Origin: an uncultured Terrimonas sp.
GTDB lineage: Bacteria; Bacteroidota; Bacteroidia; Chitinophagales; Chitinophagaceae
Assembly (NCBI GenBank): GCA_964445775.1
Contig: CAYUMH010000004.1
Location: 112,420 to 144,419, forward strand
Direction of reading: 5' to 3'
Length of the DNA: 32,000 nt
The first letter of the stretch is position 1; each line of letters begins with the position of its first letter. This document shows, piece after piece, positions 1-9,803 of the stretch. Position numbers and translations under genes: made by a program. The notes beneath the pieces were generated by a model. That model saw only the letters and a program-made list of their open reading frames with translations. It did not search any database and was not told the DNA's origin.

Positions 1-2361
1 CTTCAGCACACTCTGTATCCTTTCCAGCGTTTTCTTTTCACCGCAAAGCGACAGGAAAGCTTCTCTTTCCAGGTCCAGTAAATACTGTTCCGATACCAGT
101 GAAGGTTCACTCAGGTCACCGCCACACATAACGTATGCCAGTTTGCGGGCTACTACGCCATCATGTTCAGTGGCATAATTGGCACGTTGCATACCGTTAA
201 TACCGGCCAGTAAAGCGCCCAGGGCAGACCGGCCCAATACTTTTACATCATTACGCTGTACGGGTTGTACATAACCACTGTCGTATATTTCAATCACTGA
301 TTTTTTTGCTTCGGCAATACGGCGTCCCTGGTTCATCACTACCTCGTCCAGTCCTTTACGGTACACACCTATCTCAAAACCTTCAGCGGCCGATGTGGCT
401 ACTTTGGCGGTAGCAATGGTCAGGAAACGGTTCTTTAAAGTAATAGTATCAGGTTCGTCCACATGCATTTCATCGGCCGCACGTAATACAAACTCCTTGG
501 TGCCGCCACCACCGGGTATCAGGCCCACACCTAATTCTACCAGGCCGGTATAGGTTTCGGCAGCCGGGCAAACCTTATCGGCATGCAGGCTTAACTCACA
601 GGCGCCGCCCAGGGCTAAACCATGTGGTGCTACTACCACGGGTACTGAGGAGTAACGGGCCCGCATCATGGTATTTTGAAACAGGCGTATGGCCATATCC
701 AGCTCATCATACTCCTGTTCAATAGCCAGCATAAATATTAAACCCACATTGGCGCCTGCGGAAAAGTTGGCGCCTTCATTGCCTATTACCAGTCCTTTAA
801 ACTCTTTCTCTGCTTTTTCAATAGCGGTTTGTATACCACTTAATACATCTCCGCCAATGCTGCCCATCTTGGTATTCCATTGCAGGCCCAGTACATCATC
901 ACCAATATTATACAACTGGCAGCTGTTATTCTTCCAAACCAGTTTATCGGTATGATTGCTTAATACAATAAACCCGCTGTCATCACCACTGGTGGCAGGT
1001 GCATAATCACCGGTTGCGGGTAAGTAGGCAAGGCGTTTGCCATTTTCAATTTTATAAAAACTTTTATGCCCTTTGCTCAACATATCCGTAACCCAGGTTG
1101 CTACACTATGTCCTGCATCCTGCATGGCTTTCACCGTTCTTTCAACGCCCAGCAAATCCCAGGTTTCAAAAGCGCCAATCTCCCAGCCAAAGCCGGCTTT
1201 CATGGCATCGTCCACACTGTATACGGTATCACTTATTTCGGGTATACGGTGGCTTATATAACTGAATAAACCATAATGAAAATGTTTATAAAACTCCCCG
1301 GCTTTATCCGGCGACTGTACCAGCATTTTCAAACGCTGGTGCAGGTCTTCAACTGGTTTGGCAGCATCTATCGATGCAAATTTCGGACGGCTCTTAGGCA
1401 CATATTCAAATGTATCCAGGTTCAGCGTTAATATCTCGCTTTTGCCTTCCGGTGTTTTTATCTTTTTAAAAAAGCCCTGCTTGGTTTTATCGCCCAGCCA
1501 GTTATTGTCTACTATTTTTTGTAACCAGGCTGGTATTTTAAACAGGTCTTTGGCCTCGTCGTCCGGGCAATTCTCATACACGCCATTGGCTACTTTCACC
1601 AGGGTATCAATACCTACCACATCGGCTGTACGGAAGGTAGCCGATTTTGGCCTGCCGATCACCGGGCCGGTCAAGGCTTCCACTTCATCAATGGTCAGCT
1701 TCATTTTATCTACCAGCGAAAATATCTGCATAATGCTGAATACGCCTATACGGTTGGCAATAAACGCAGGTGTATCCTTACACAATACGGTGGTCTTGCC
1801 TAAAATAATATCACCATAATACATTAAAAAATCAACCACGGCTTTATCGGTATGCGGCGTGGGAATTATTTCCAGTAAACGCAGGTAACGGGGCGGGTTA
1901 AAAAAGTGGGTACCGCAAAAATGTTTTTTAAAATCATCACTGCGTCCTTCGGCCATTAAATGAATGGGTATGCCCGATGTATTGGAGGTAACCAGGGTTC
2001 CGGGTTTACGGAACTGCTCTACCTTATCGTAAATTATTTTTTTTATGTCCAGTCGCTCCACCACCACTTCAATGATCCAGTCGCACTGGGCAATATCCTT
2101 CATATTATCATCAAAATTCCCGGTCGTAATTTTCTTTATCGCATCCCTGGTGTACACCGGCGATGGGTTGCTTTTTACGGCAGTGGTCAACGCATCATTT
2201 ACCAGCTTATTTCTTTCGGCCGGTTTGGTACTTTCTGCAGCTTCTTTCGGCACCATATCCAGTAACAATACGGGTACGCCTACACCGGCAAAATGACAAG
2301 CAATTCTTGAGCCCATAACGCCGCTTCCCAGCACGGCTACTTTTTTAATTGTACGATTCAT
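1..2361 (-). CDS. 3-hydroxyacyl-CoA dehydrogenase / enoyl-CoA hydratase fusion (FadN-type), 3' end outside the window
   Basis: Manual reverse-strand translation from ATG at 2361-2359 gives MNRTIKKVAVLGSGVMGSRIACHFAGVGVPVLLLD (Rossmann NAD-binding fold of 3-hydroxyacyl-CoA dehydrogenases). The frame stays open for all 787 codons to position 1. The downstream part contains crotonase-fold motifs (GGACELSLHAD, GLIPGGGGT). It is missing from the ORF track because no stop lies inside the window. The plus-strand ORFs at 689-2296 are antisense shadows. Confidence 0.85.
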   Translation of the reverse strand, partial: MNRTIKKVAVLGSGVMGSRIACHFAGVGVPVLLLDMVPKEAAESTKPAERNKLVNDALTTAVKSNPSPVYTRDAIKKITTGNFDDNMKDIAQCDWIIEVVVERLDIKKIIYDKVEQFRKPGTLVTSNTSGIPIHLMAEGRSDDFKKHFCGTHFFNPPRYLRLLEIIPTPHTDKAVVDFLMYYGDIILGKTTVLCKDTPAFIANRIGVFSIMQIFSLVDKMKLTIDEVEALTGPVIGRPKSATFRTADVVGIDTLVKVANGVYENCPDDEAKDLFKIPAWLQKIVDNNWLGDKTKQGFFKKIKTPEGKSEILTLNLDTFEYVPKSRPKFASIDAAKPVEDLHQRLKMLVQSPDKAGEFYKHFHYGLFSYISHRIPEISDTVYSVDDAMKAGFGWEIGAFETWDLLGVERTVKAMQDAGHSVATWVTDMLSKGHKSFYKIENGKRLAYLPATGDYAPATSGDDSGFIVLSNHTDKLVWKNNSCQLYNIGDDVLGLQWNTKMGSIGGDVLSGIQTAIEKAEKEFKGLVIGNEGANFSAGANVGLIFMLAIEQEYDELDMAIRLFQNTMMRARYSSVPVVVAPHGLALGGACELSLHADKVCPAAETYTGLVELGVGLIPGGGGTKEFVLRAADEMHVDEPDTITLKNRFLTIATAKVATSAAEGFEIGVYRKGLDEVVMNQGRRIAEAKKSVIEIYDSGYVQPVQRNDVKVLGRSALGALLAGINGMQRANYATEHDGVVARKLAYVMCGGDLSEPSLVSEQYLLDLEREAFLSLCGEKKTLERIQSVLK

Positions 2362-2676
2362 ATAGCGAGGTATAAAATTAGTTAGCTAAACAACTATTTA
2401 TGGTGAAGGTAACAACATTTGGGCAAAAAGACAATCATAAAATCAAACTTAATAGTTGCTTTATACAACTGTTAAAAAGGCAAAAAAGGGCTGGTATTTT
2501 TTACCGGGGCTGTCGGCAGTAATAACTATGCTCAGCTGCAGTTCCCGCTTTTTATTACAAGTCCGGCACCAGGCAGCCGCACCCGGCTTCACCGGGCTTT
2601 TCATGCCAATCGGGCAGCCTTTGGGCTATATACCAAAATAAAACCGGTCAGGAATATGAAAAAGGGCTCAGGTAAT

Positions 2677-3549
2677 TTATACCATTGTATCTGTATGATC
2701 TTTGAACAGGAGAACCTGTTTCAAAATTTCTGCTTCAATTTTCCGGTGCAGTTTATCACTGCTGCTGCGGGCAATTAATTCAATACTGAATTTAACAAAA
2801 TCCTTTCCCAGTTCCTGCACCCTTAACTGCAGCTCATTACCGGGCTCCACATCGGGGTGGGTATTAAAAACGGATTGCAGTTCTTTTTCAAGCGCCTGCA
2901 TATGCGCCGCTTCGGATAAAGGCAATTCAAACTTTAAGGTCAGCAGTTTGGAGCGTAGTGCAGAAAGGTTTACCAATGGCTGGGTAAAAAACACGTTATT
3001 GGGTACCAGTACAATATCCTCTTCTTCATTCTTCAATACAATATTCGATAGGGTAATATCTTCCACCATGCCCTTATTGCCACCTACTTTTATTTTATCG
3101 CCAATAGATAACTGGTCGGAGAACATAATGAACAAGCCGCTGAGCATATTGGTAATATAATCACGAAAAGTAACGGCTATGGCCATGGCCACAATGGTCA
3201 TGCTGGTTAAAAATGTAACCGGGTTAATACCCGCGCCAATCATAATGGCAATAATAAAAAATACCGCGTTCAATACGGCTGTTAGCCGGTTAATACCTAA
3301 TACAAAATTTCCCCTCACCGATTTTTTAGCATGGCGGGCTTTATAAAAAGCAATAATAATAAACCGGATGATGGAAACAATAATACTGGGAATAAGAAAA
3401 GCCCAGAGGCCGGTAATGAGCTGCCAGGCCCATTTTTTATTTTCAATATTTTCTACATTGATCACTGTAAAAAACAGGATCAGCGATAATACTATTTTAA
3501 TAATGAAATAATACGGGAAAAACTTTTTATCATTTTGGGTCGACGTCAT
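2677..3549 (-). CDS. Mechanosensitive ion channel family protein (MscS-like)
   Basis: 290-aa ORF with N-terminal TM helices followed by an MscS-type beta domain (ITNMLSGLFIMFSDQLSIGDKIKVGG..GMVEDITLSNIVLKNEEEDIVLVPNN). ATG start at 3549. Confidence 0.85.
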   Translation of the reverse strand: MTSTQNDKKFFPYYFIIKIVLSLILFFTVINVENIENKKWAWQLITGLWAFLIPSIIVSIIRFIIIAFYKARHAKKSVRGNFVLGINRLTAVLNAVFFIIAIMIGAGINPVTFLTSMTIVAMAIAVTFRDYITNMLSGLFIMFSDQLSIGDKIKVGGNKGMVEDITLSNIVLKNEEEDIVLVPNNVFFTQPLVNLSALRSKLLTLKFELPLSEAAHMQALEKELQSVFNTHPDVEPGNELQLRVQELGKDFVKFSIELIARSSSDKLHRKIEAEILKQVLLFKDHTDTMV

Positions 3550-3653
3550 ATCAGCTGTGATAATATTTTTAATACCTGCCTCTAATTATTTTCGGCACAA
3601 AAGTACTTACAATTTTTTTGACAGCTTATTAGGTGCCTTAACGCCGTTGATGG

Positions 3654-4145
3654 CTAAGGTGCACTGCTTTGTTTTTTCTCCCAGAACGACTTTGTTTTTA
3701 CAATATTATTACTCACCATATCAATATGCCTGCGTAATATGGCAGCCGTAACACCCCGGTTCTCTGCGGCCAGTCCAAACTTCAGGCTGCCGTTTTTTGT
3801 AATATAAAACTGGGCTGGCTGTACAATACCATTCTGTTTTAACAGGTCTTTTGTCCTGGACTGATAACTGGTACTGTCACTGTTCAGTAATGCGGTAAAC
3901 CATACAAAATTTTTGCTGGGACTTACTTCGCAAAGCAGGTATATATCCAGCCCCGATGTGGTGTTTTTTATTTCAATTTGCTCTAAACCAGGGGTGGTAT
4001 TGAGGTCTTTTACGGTAAAGCCCATATTAACCAGCATGGTTCTCAGCTGGCTGCCGGTTATGGGTGCACAATCCTGTGCAGATGCTGTAGCGGAAAATAT
4101 ACATACCGCGAAAAGAATAGTCAGGGTAATGAGTAGCTTTTTCAT
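3654..4145 (-). CDS. Hypothetical secreted protein
   Basis: 163-aa ORF with a clear signal peptide (MKKLLITLTILFAVCIFSATASAQ). I recognise no catalytic motif. Confidence 0.6.
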   Translation of the reverse strand: MKKLLITLTILFAVCIFSATASAQDCAPITGSQLRTMLVNMGFTVKDLNTTPGLEQIEIKNTTSGLDIYLLCEVSPSKNFVWFTALLNSDSTSYQSRTKDLLKQNGIVQPAQFYITKNGSLKFGLAAENRGVTAAILRRHIDMVSNNIVKTKSFWEKKQSSAP

Positions 4146-4360
4146 AAATGTTTAATTAATCAGCAGCAAGGTATAAAACATTAAAAAAGCATTTGTACCC
4201 GCCACAGGGTATATTGCGGGTTATATTGTTATACAGATACAATGCGGAAAACATTAATTTTGAGTGGTTATTAGTAAGCTGTTACGATTGAATGTGATAT
4301 AAAAACTTAAAATGACTTATTTTTTGATAAGTCATTTTGTATTATCCCGGCAGGTATAAA

Positions 4361-6091
4361 ATGCATAAGGCTATAATGAAAAATTGGGTAAGATGTATAA
4401 AATGGCCAAAGCCGGCCCGGTTTTATGGTGGCTGGATGATAGGGTTATGCTTTTTCATTTCTTATAGCCTGGCCGCCCAATCAAATATTGATAGTATACG
4501 TACCGGGTTGAATAAGCCGGGCATTACAAAAAAAGAGAAGATCAATTATTTAAACAGGCTGGCTGCTTTTTTAAATAAAGATTCTACCAACCAGGCATTG
4601 GTGTATGCACATGAAGCATACCTGCTTAGCCTGAACGAAAATGATAAAAAACTCCAGGTAAACTCGCTGTTGAACCTTTCGGAAGGATACCTGTACAATG
4701 ACATTTACGACCAGGCCCTGCAATATGGGTATTCGGCACTGGACATCGCGGTTTTATTAAAAGATACTTTGCTGCTTGCCAACTGTAATACCAACCTTGG
4801 CTGGATTTTTTATGATACCGAGAACGTTAATTTCTCGCTGCAGTACCACCGTGAGGCTTATGGGTTATTTAAACAAAAAGGCGCTTTAAAAAATGTGGCC
4901 ATATCCTTAAATGCCATGGGGCTTATTTTTCAAATGAAAAATGAGAATGATTCGGCTAAGGTATATTTTGAACAATCTTTACAACTTGCCCGCGAACAGG
5001 ACCTGCGTTCCGTTATTTCGGCGGCACTCAATAATTTAGGCATTTGTGAAAATGTAGCGGGAAATTATAATGCAGCCATTGCGTATTTCCATAACGCATT
5101 GGCCATGAAAAGCCCTTCTGCTGATCTTTTATCCCTTGCCGAGATTGAAAACCAGATGGCTTTCTCCTACCTGAAGCTAAAAAACTACCAACGGGCTGAT
5201 TCCCTGCTCAAAAGTTCACGCAATTTAATTGACAGGTCCTCCTCTAACTCAAAAAAAGAGAAACTGCTGGATAACCTGCATATTGCTTCGCAACTGTTCG
5301 AGGTATTGGGCGATTATGCAAAAGCATTTGCCAACCTGAAAGAATATACCAATATCAGTAATCAGATCATCTCACGTAATAAAAGTGATGTATTGGCTAC
5401 TTTAAAACTAAAAAAAGAGGCGCAGGCAAAGGAAGACCAGATAAAAGAACTGCATGTACAAAAAGAGCTGCGCAGTTTTCAACGGAATGCCCTGGCCGGG
5501 GGCATTATATTGCTGGTAATAATCGGCATTTTGCTCTATGGCCGTTTACAGCAAAAGCAAAAAAGACAAAAAGAGCTGGATGCGGTAAAGCAGCAATTGA
5601 TAAAACAGGAACTGGATAGTACCCTGAGTGAAAAAGCCACTTTGAATGAAAAGCTGCAATATAAAAATGCCGATCTGAAAAGCTATGCCCTGTTTATAGC
5701 ACAGCGAAATGAAATGATCGGCCAGTTTATCGGCGAATTGAAAGGAATGAATATTAGTGCCAACCTGCCAAAGGAAACAGCCGTTGAACTGGACAAGGTT
5801 ATCCGTAAATTCCAGAAAAACCTGGATGTGAACAGCGAAACCCAGGATTTTAATTTATCGGTAGATGAAACCCTGAAAGACTTTTTTTATAACCTGCTTC
5901 AAAAATACCCCGGACTTACGGATAATGAACGCCGCCTTTGTGCACAGATCCGGCTCAATTTATCTATCAAGGAAATTGCCTCCCTCAATAACATTTCAGT
6001 AAAATCTGTTGAAATGGCCCGTTACCGGCTGCGTAAACATTTCGGATTGCAGTCACAGGATAACCTGGGTGATTTTCTGAAAACATTCTGA
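4361..6091 (+). CDS. Membrane-anchored TPR-repeat transcriptional regulator with C-terminal LuxR-type HTH
   Basis: N-terminal hydrophobic segment (WMIGLCFFISYSLAAQ), about 300 aa of TPR-like repeats, and a TM helix (ALAGGIILLVIIGILLYG). A coiled-coil region and a C-terminal LuxR/GerE HTH follow (LTDNERRLCAQIRLNLSIKEIASLNNISVKSVEMARYRLRKHF). The track ORF begins at 4337 with a non-ATG codon. ATG candidates are 4361 and 4376, so the start is uncertain. Confidence 0.8.
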   Translation: MHKAIMKNWVRCIKWPKPARFYGGWMIGLCFFISYSLAAQSNIDSIRTGLNKPGITKKEKINYLNRLAAFLNKDSTNQALVYAHEAYLLSLNENDKKLQVNSLLNLSEGYLYNDIYDQALQYGYSALDIAVLLKDTLLLANCNTNLGWIFYDTENVNFSLQYHREAYGLFKQKGALKNVAISLNAMGLIFQMKNENDSAKVYFEQSLQLAREQDLRSVISAALNNLGICENVAGNYNAAIAYFHNALAMKSPSADLLSLAEIENQMAFSYLKLKNYQRADSLLKSSRNLIDRSSSNSKKEKLLDNLHIASQLFEVLGDYAKAFANLKEYTNISNQIISRNKSDVLATLKLKKEAQAKEDQIKELHVQKELRSFQRNALAGGIILLVIIGILLYGRLQQKQKRQKELDAVKQQLIKQELDSTLSEKATLNEKLQYKNADLKSYALFIAQRNEMIGQFIGELKGMNISANLPKETAVELDKVIRKFQKNLDVNSETQDFNLSVDETLKDFFYNLLQKYPGLTDNERRLCAQIRLNLSIKEIASLNNISVKSVEMARYRLRKHFGLQSQDNLGDFLKTF

Positions 6092-6658
6092 TCGGTTTAC
6101 CGGCTTACCTTGTCCGGCGCTTCCCCAATCATCTTACAGCTAATATAAACAGCAGCCTGTACCTCACCGGCCGGTTTTACCTGGAGTGCATGTTGTATTC
6201 CTTATTTACCCCTCTCAACAACAGCGCAGCCATACCAGCTTCCGGCTGCCTCACTTACTGTTTTTTTGGCCCGTACAACCTATTAATTTGCCCGCATTTT
6301 GTTTTGAGCTTGAAACCGGGGTTGTAATATTATTGATTACAGTATATTATAATTATTTATTAATCATAGGTTTAAGAGCCGTGTAGAGGTGCTGTAGGGG
6401 TAAGGGTGGGGTTCGTGTATAGGCAAAAAAAGGGGAAACGCTTCTCTTTTAAATTATGTTTAGAAAATTATTTTTTTAGCAGTGCAGGCATACTAAAACT
6501 ATAATAACTGACGATTGCCATATCATTCATAAGGATCAAAACGAATTGCAAAAGGCCATATTTATATCATGGTAGCCCGTCTTTAAAAGCCGTTTTTAAG
6601 GTTTTGCTTGTTCCACTGTACTTCTTTTATCACAACTAACATTTTTAAACTTACTATC

Positions 6659-9600
6659 GTGAAAAAAAACTGCTGTCTCAAACACATTCCCCCGTTTGTG
6701 CAAAAAGTATTGCTGTTGAGTATTTTCCTTGCCTTCGGTGTCAGTGCCTTTGCCTTTCAACAGGCAGGCAACATTAAAGGACTGGTAACCGATGTGTCGG
6801 GCAATCCGTTACAGGGAGTTACCATCCAGTTAAAAAATACGACAACCGTTACTGTTACCGATGAAAATGGAAAATTCCGGTTGGAAGCTCCTGCAAAAGG
6901 GGTGCTCGTATTCTCTTTTACCGGCTATGCCGCTAAGGAGGTTGAAATAGGAAATCAGCTGGATATAACTGTTCAATTAACGCAGCAAGCTACTAACCTT
7001 GATGAAGTAGTGGTAATAGGCTACGGAACCCAGAAAAAAAGTAATTTAACCAGTGCCGTATCATCGGTAAAAGGCGATCAGCTGCAAAAAACAACCAGCA
7101 ATAACCCGGTTAATGCTTTACAGGGAAGGGTAGCTGGCCTTTCTGTAACAAGTCCGGGTGGTAACCCCGGGCAAATGTCCGATGTACGGTTACGTGGCAT
7201 TGGTACTTTTGGCGGTCACCAGCCATTATACGTTATTGATGGTACACCCGGCGACCCTTATTACCTGAACAATAATGATGTGGAGTCGATTGAGGTGTTA
7301 AAGGATGGCGCTGCTGCTTCCATTTACGGTTCTACCAGTGCCAATGGTGTGATCCTGATTACCACCAAACGTGGTAAAAAAGGCATACCACTCATTGATG
7401 TCAACAGTTATTACGGCCTTGCCAACCCCACTAAAAAGTATGATTTTTTAGATGCAGAGGGGTACAAGACCGTTCATAAAATGATGTACGAAAATGCGGG
7501 TGTTACTAACTTACCTGCTTACATTACCACCAATACCGGTGTTAATACCAATTGGCAGGACCTGATAACCCGCAGCGGAAATGTGCAGAATCATAATATT
7601 AATCTTCGCGGCGGCGGCGAATACCTGACGTTTGCACTCAGTGGCGATTATACCAATGAAACGGGAACATTTATCGGCTCAAAATTTAATAAAAAAGGTA
7701 TCCGGTCGGTTAATGAATTTAAAAAAGGAATATTAACAGTTACCAACAACCTCATTTTTTCACAAACCAGGTCCGAAGGCTATAAGTTCAATCTTGCCGA
7801 CGCTTATTTCCAATCTGCTTTATTACCGGTTTATGATAATAATGAAAAATACGGATATGCTTTAACGGTAAATGGTTTACCAAGGTTTCAAAACCCCGTG
7901 GGTGCCGATCACTTTATGGAAAACCACAGCACTACGCAATACCTGGCAGATAACTTAAAAATCCGCCTGCAGTTATTAAAAGGACTTAGCTATACGGCTA
8001 ATATCAACTATATAACAGCCAACAGCTTTGCGTACGAACATACACCTCCTTTCAGGGTAAATGCAAATGACCCGCTTATTTCCTATCCTTATGTGTACAA
8101 TAACAGGAGTAATTATAAGGAAATGCTGGCTGAGCACCTGTTGAATTATGACTGGAAGCGCGGTAAACACAATGTGTCATTACTCGCCGGTTATTCTGCG
8201 CAGCAAAAAACAAATGAATACTTAAGTGTAACAGCCGATGGAAAAACCATTGTACGTACAGTGGTGAACGGGGCTATTGTTGAAAAAGAAGTGGCAGGCG
8301 GATTTACCAATCCCGATTTTAACACCATCAGCGCAGGCCTGGGAGGTACTTTTAATGCTGCAGGCTCCAACAACAAATATGTACGTCATTCAGGCTTTGG
8401 ACGTATAAATTATGCGTATGATAATAAATACCTGTTACAGGTATCTGTGCGCAGGGACGGCTCTTCCATATTCGGATTAAATAACCGTTACGGTGTTTTC
8501 CCCTCTGTATCTGCCGGCTGGAACATCAGCAGGGAATCTTTTATGAGCCATATTACCTGGCTGAATAACTTAAAAATAAGAGCCAGTTACGGAGAGTTAG
8601 GAAATGAAGGTGCATTGGGTTATTACGATCACCAGGCCCTTATTACTACTTCCAACAGGTGGTCGGGTGGTTATGTACAAGGCGCGGGTGCCACACCATG
8701 GCCGGGTTCGGCCAGTTATGCGCTGGAAAACAGGGACCTTAAATGGGAGACCAGCAAATCCACCAATATAGGTGTTGATTTTGCGGTATTGCATAATACA
8801 CTATCCGGCTCTATTAACTATTACAACAATAAAACCGAAGGGTTACTGATCATTAAAGAAGTGCCTCCTTCTGCCGGGGTAAATGATCCTGTTTTAAATG
8901 TGGGTAAGATCGCCAATAAAGGAATAGAACTGGAACTGAATTATCTGTACCAGTTAAAAGAGGGGTCAGTAAATATTGGCGGCAACCTGAGTACGGTTTC
9001 CAATAAAGTGATCAGCCTTGCCGATGCGGAGCAGACTTTATACGGCACCGGGTTGAAATTCGGGTCAGATCATATTCCTACTCAAACAAAAGTGGGTAAA
9101 GAAATTGGCGCTTTTTACCTGTATGAAGCCGATGGTATTTTTAAAACTGACGCAGAAGCGGCGGCCTACAAAAATAAAGATGGCGATGCACTGCAACCTG
9201 ATGCCAAAGCAGGTGATATCCGGTTCAGGGATGCTAACGGCGATGGTGTTATTGATGAAAATGATAAAACCTACCAGGGTACCGGCTTTCCTAAATTTGA
9301 ATACGGTTTTAATATAGCGGCTAATTACAAACAATTTGATCTCTCTGTTTTTTTCCAGGGTGTAGGTGGAAATAAAATATACAACGGTAACCGTTTTGAA
9401 CTGGAAGGAATGGAAGCCGGCAGAAATTACCTGGCTACCACTTTGAATGCATGGACACCGCAAAATCCTAATTCATCTATGCCAAGGGCCGTATTAGGCG
9501 ATCCTAACGGCAATAGCCGTGAGTCCAACCGTTTCCTCGAAAACGGCGCATACCTGCGACTGAAATTATTACAGCTCGGTTATACTTTACCTACTGCATT

Positions 9601-9784
9601 GGTACAACGGGCCTGGATGCAGAAAGTCCGCATTTATGTGGGTGCACAAAACCTGTTAACCATTACTAAATACAATGGACTTGACCCCGAAGTGGGAAGG
9701 GTTAACGTGTTAAATACGGGTGTAGACAGGGTGTTATATCCGCAAAACAAAAGATGGATCGCAGGTATACAGATCACTTTATAA
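6659..9784 (+). CDS. susC: SusC/RagA-family TonB-dependent outer-membrane transporter
   Basis: About 1040 aa. It has a signal peptide (LLLSIFLAFGVSAFAFQ), a carboxypeptidase-regulatory-like domain (IKGLVTDVSGNPLQGVTIQLKN) and a TonB box/plug (DEVVVIGYGTQKK). The C-terminal barrel ends in an aromatic-rich terminus, and a SusD gene follows immediately. The track start at 6608 is TTG. GTG at 6659 (VKKNCC...) gives a more typical N-terminus. No STN signalling domain is present. Confidence 0.93.
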   Translation: MKKNCCLKHIPPFVQKVLLLSIFLAFGVSAFAFQQAGNIKGLVTDVSGNPLQGVTIQLKNTTTVTVTDENGKFRLEAPAKGVLVFSFTGYAAKEVEIGNQLDITVQLTQQATNLDEVVVIGYGTQKKSNLTSAVSSVKGDQLQKTTSNNPVNALQGRVAGLSVTSPGGNPGQMSDVRLRGIGTFGGHQPLYVIDGTPGDPYYLNNNDVESIEVLKDGAAASIYGSTSANGVILITTKRGKKGIPLIDVNSYYGLANPTKKYDFLDAEGYKTVHKMMYENAGVTNLPAYITTNTGVNTNWQDLITRSGNVQNHNINLRGGGEYLTFALSGDYTNETGTFIGSKFNKKGIRSVNEFKKGILTVTNNLIFSQTRSEGYKFNLADAYFQSALLPVYDNNEKYGYALTVNGLPRFQNPVGADHFMENHSTTQYLADNLKIRLQLLKGLSYTANINYITANSFAYEHTPPFRVNANDPLISYPYVYNNRSNYKEMLAEHLLNYDWKRGKHNVSLLAGYSAQQKTNEYLSVTADGKTIVRTVVNGAIVEKEVAGGFTNPDFNTISAGLGGTFNAAGSNNKYVRHSGFGRINYAYDNKYLLQVSVRRDGSSIFGLNNRYGVFPSVSAGWNISRESFMSHITWLNNLKIRASYGELGNEGALGYYDHQALITTSNRWSGGYVQGAGATPWPGSASYALENRDLKWETSKSTNIGVDFAVLHNTLSGSINYYNNKTEGLLIIKEVPPSAGVNDPVLNVGKIANKGIELELNYLYQLKEGSVNIGGNLSTVSNKVISLADAEQTLYGTGLKFGSDHIPTQTKVGKEIGAFYLYEADGIFKTDAEAAAYKNKDGDALQPDAKAGDIRFRDANGDGVIDENDKTYQGTGFPKFEYGFNIAANYKQFDLSVFFQGVGGNKIYNGNRFELEGMEAGRNYLATTLNAWTPQNPNSSMPRAVLGDPNGNSRESNRFLENGAYLRLKLLQLGYTLPTALVQRAWMQKVRIYVGAQNLLTITKYNGLDPEVGRVNVLNTGVDRVLYPQNKRWIAGIQITL

Positions 9785-9803
9785 TCAATTTAAAAATCGG
9801 GTA

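Noticed and set aside
689-2296. Several plus-strand ORFs (88-153 aa) in the first 2.3 kb
   Set aside because: All are low-complexity, Ser/Leu-rich shadows antisense to an uninterrupted 787-codon minus-strand frame with clear dehydrogenase/hydratase motifs.
2582-2600. Short hairpin cccgg-cttca-ccggg followed by cttttc, resembling a plus-strand terminator
   Set aside because: The stem is only 5 bp. There is no credible plus-strand gene upstream, because the 61-aa ORF at 2456-2641 looks spurious. In the minus-strand orientation, downstream of the MscS gene, it lacks a U-tract.
6380-6430. tRNA-like T-arm resemblance (ggggttcgtgtatagg) in the long susC upstream region
   Set aside because: No complementary T-stem, acceptor stem or anticodon arm can be drawn, so it is probably a chance match. 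tRNAscan-SE would confirm.
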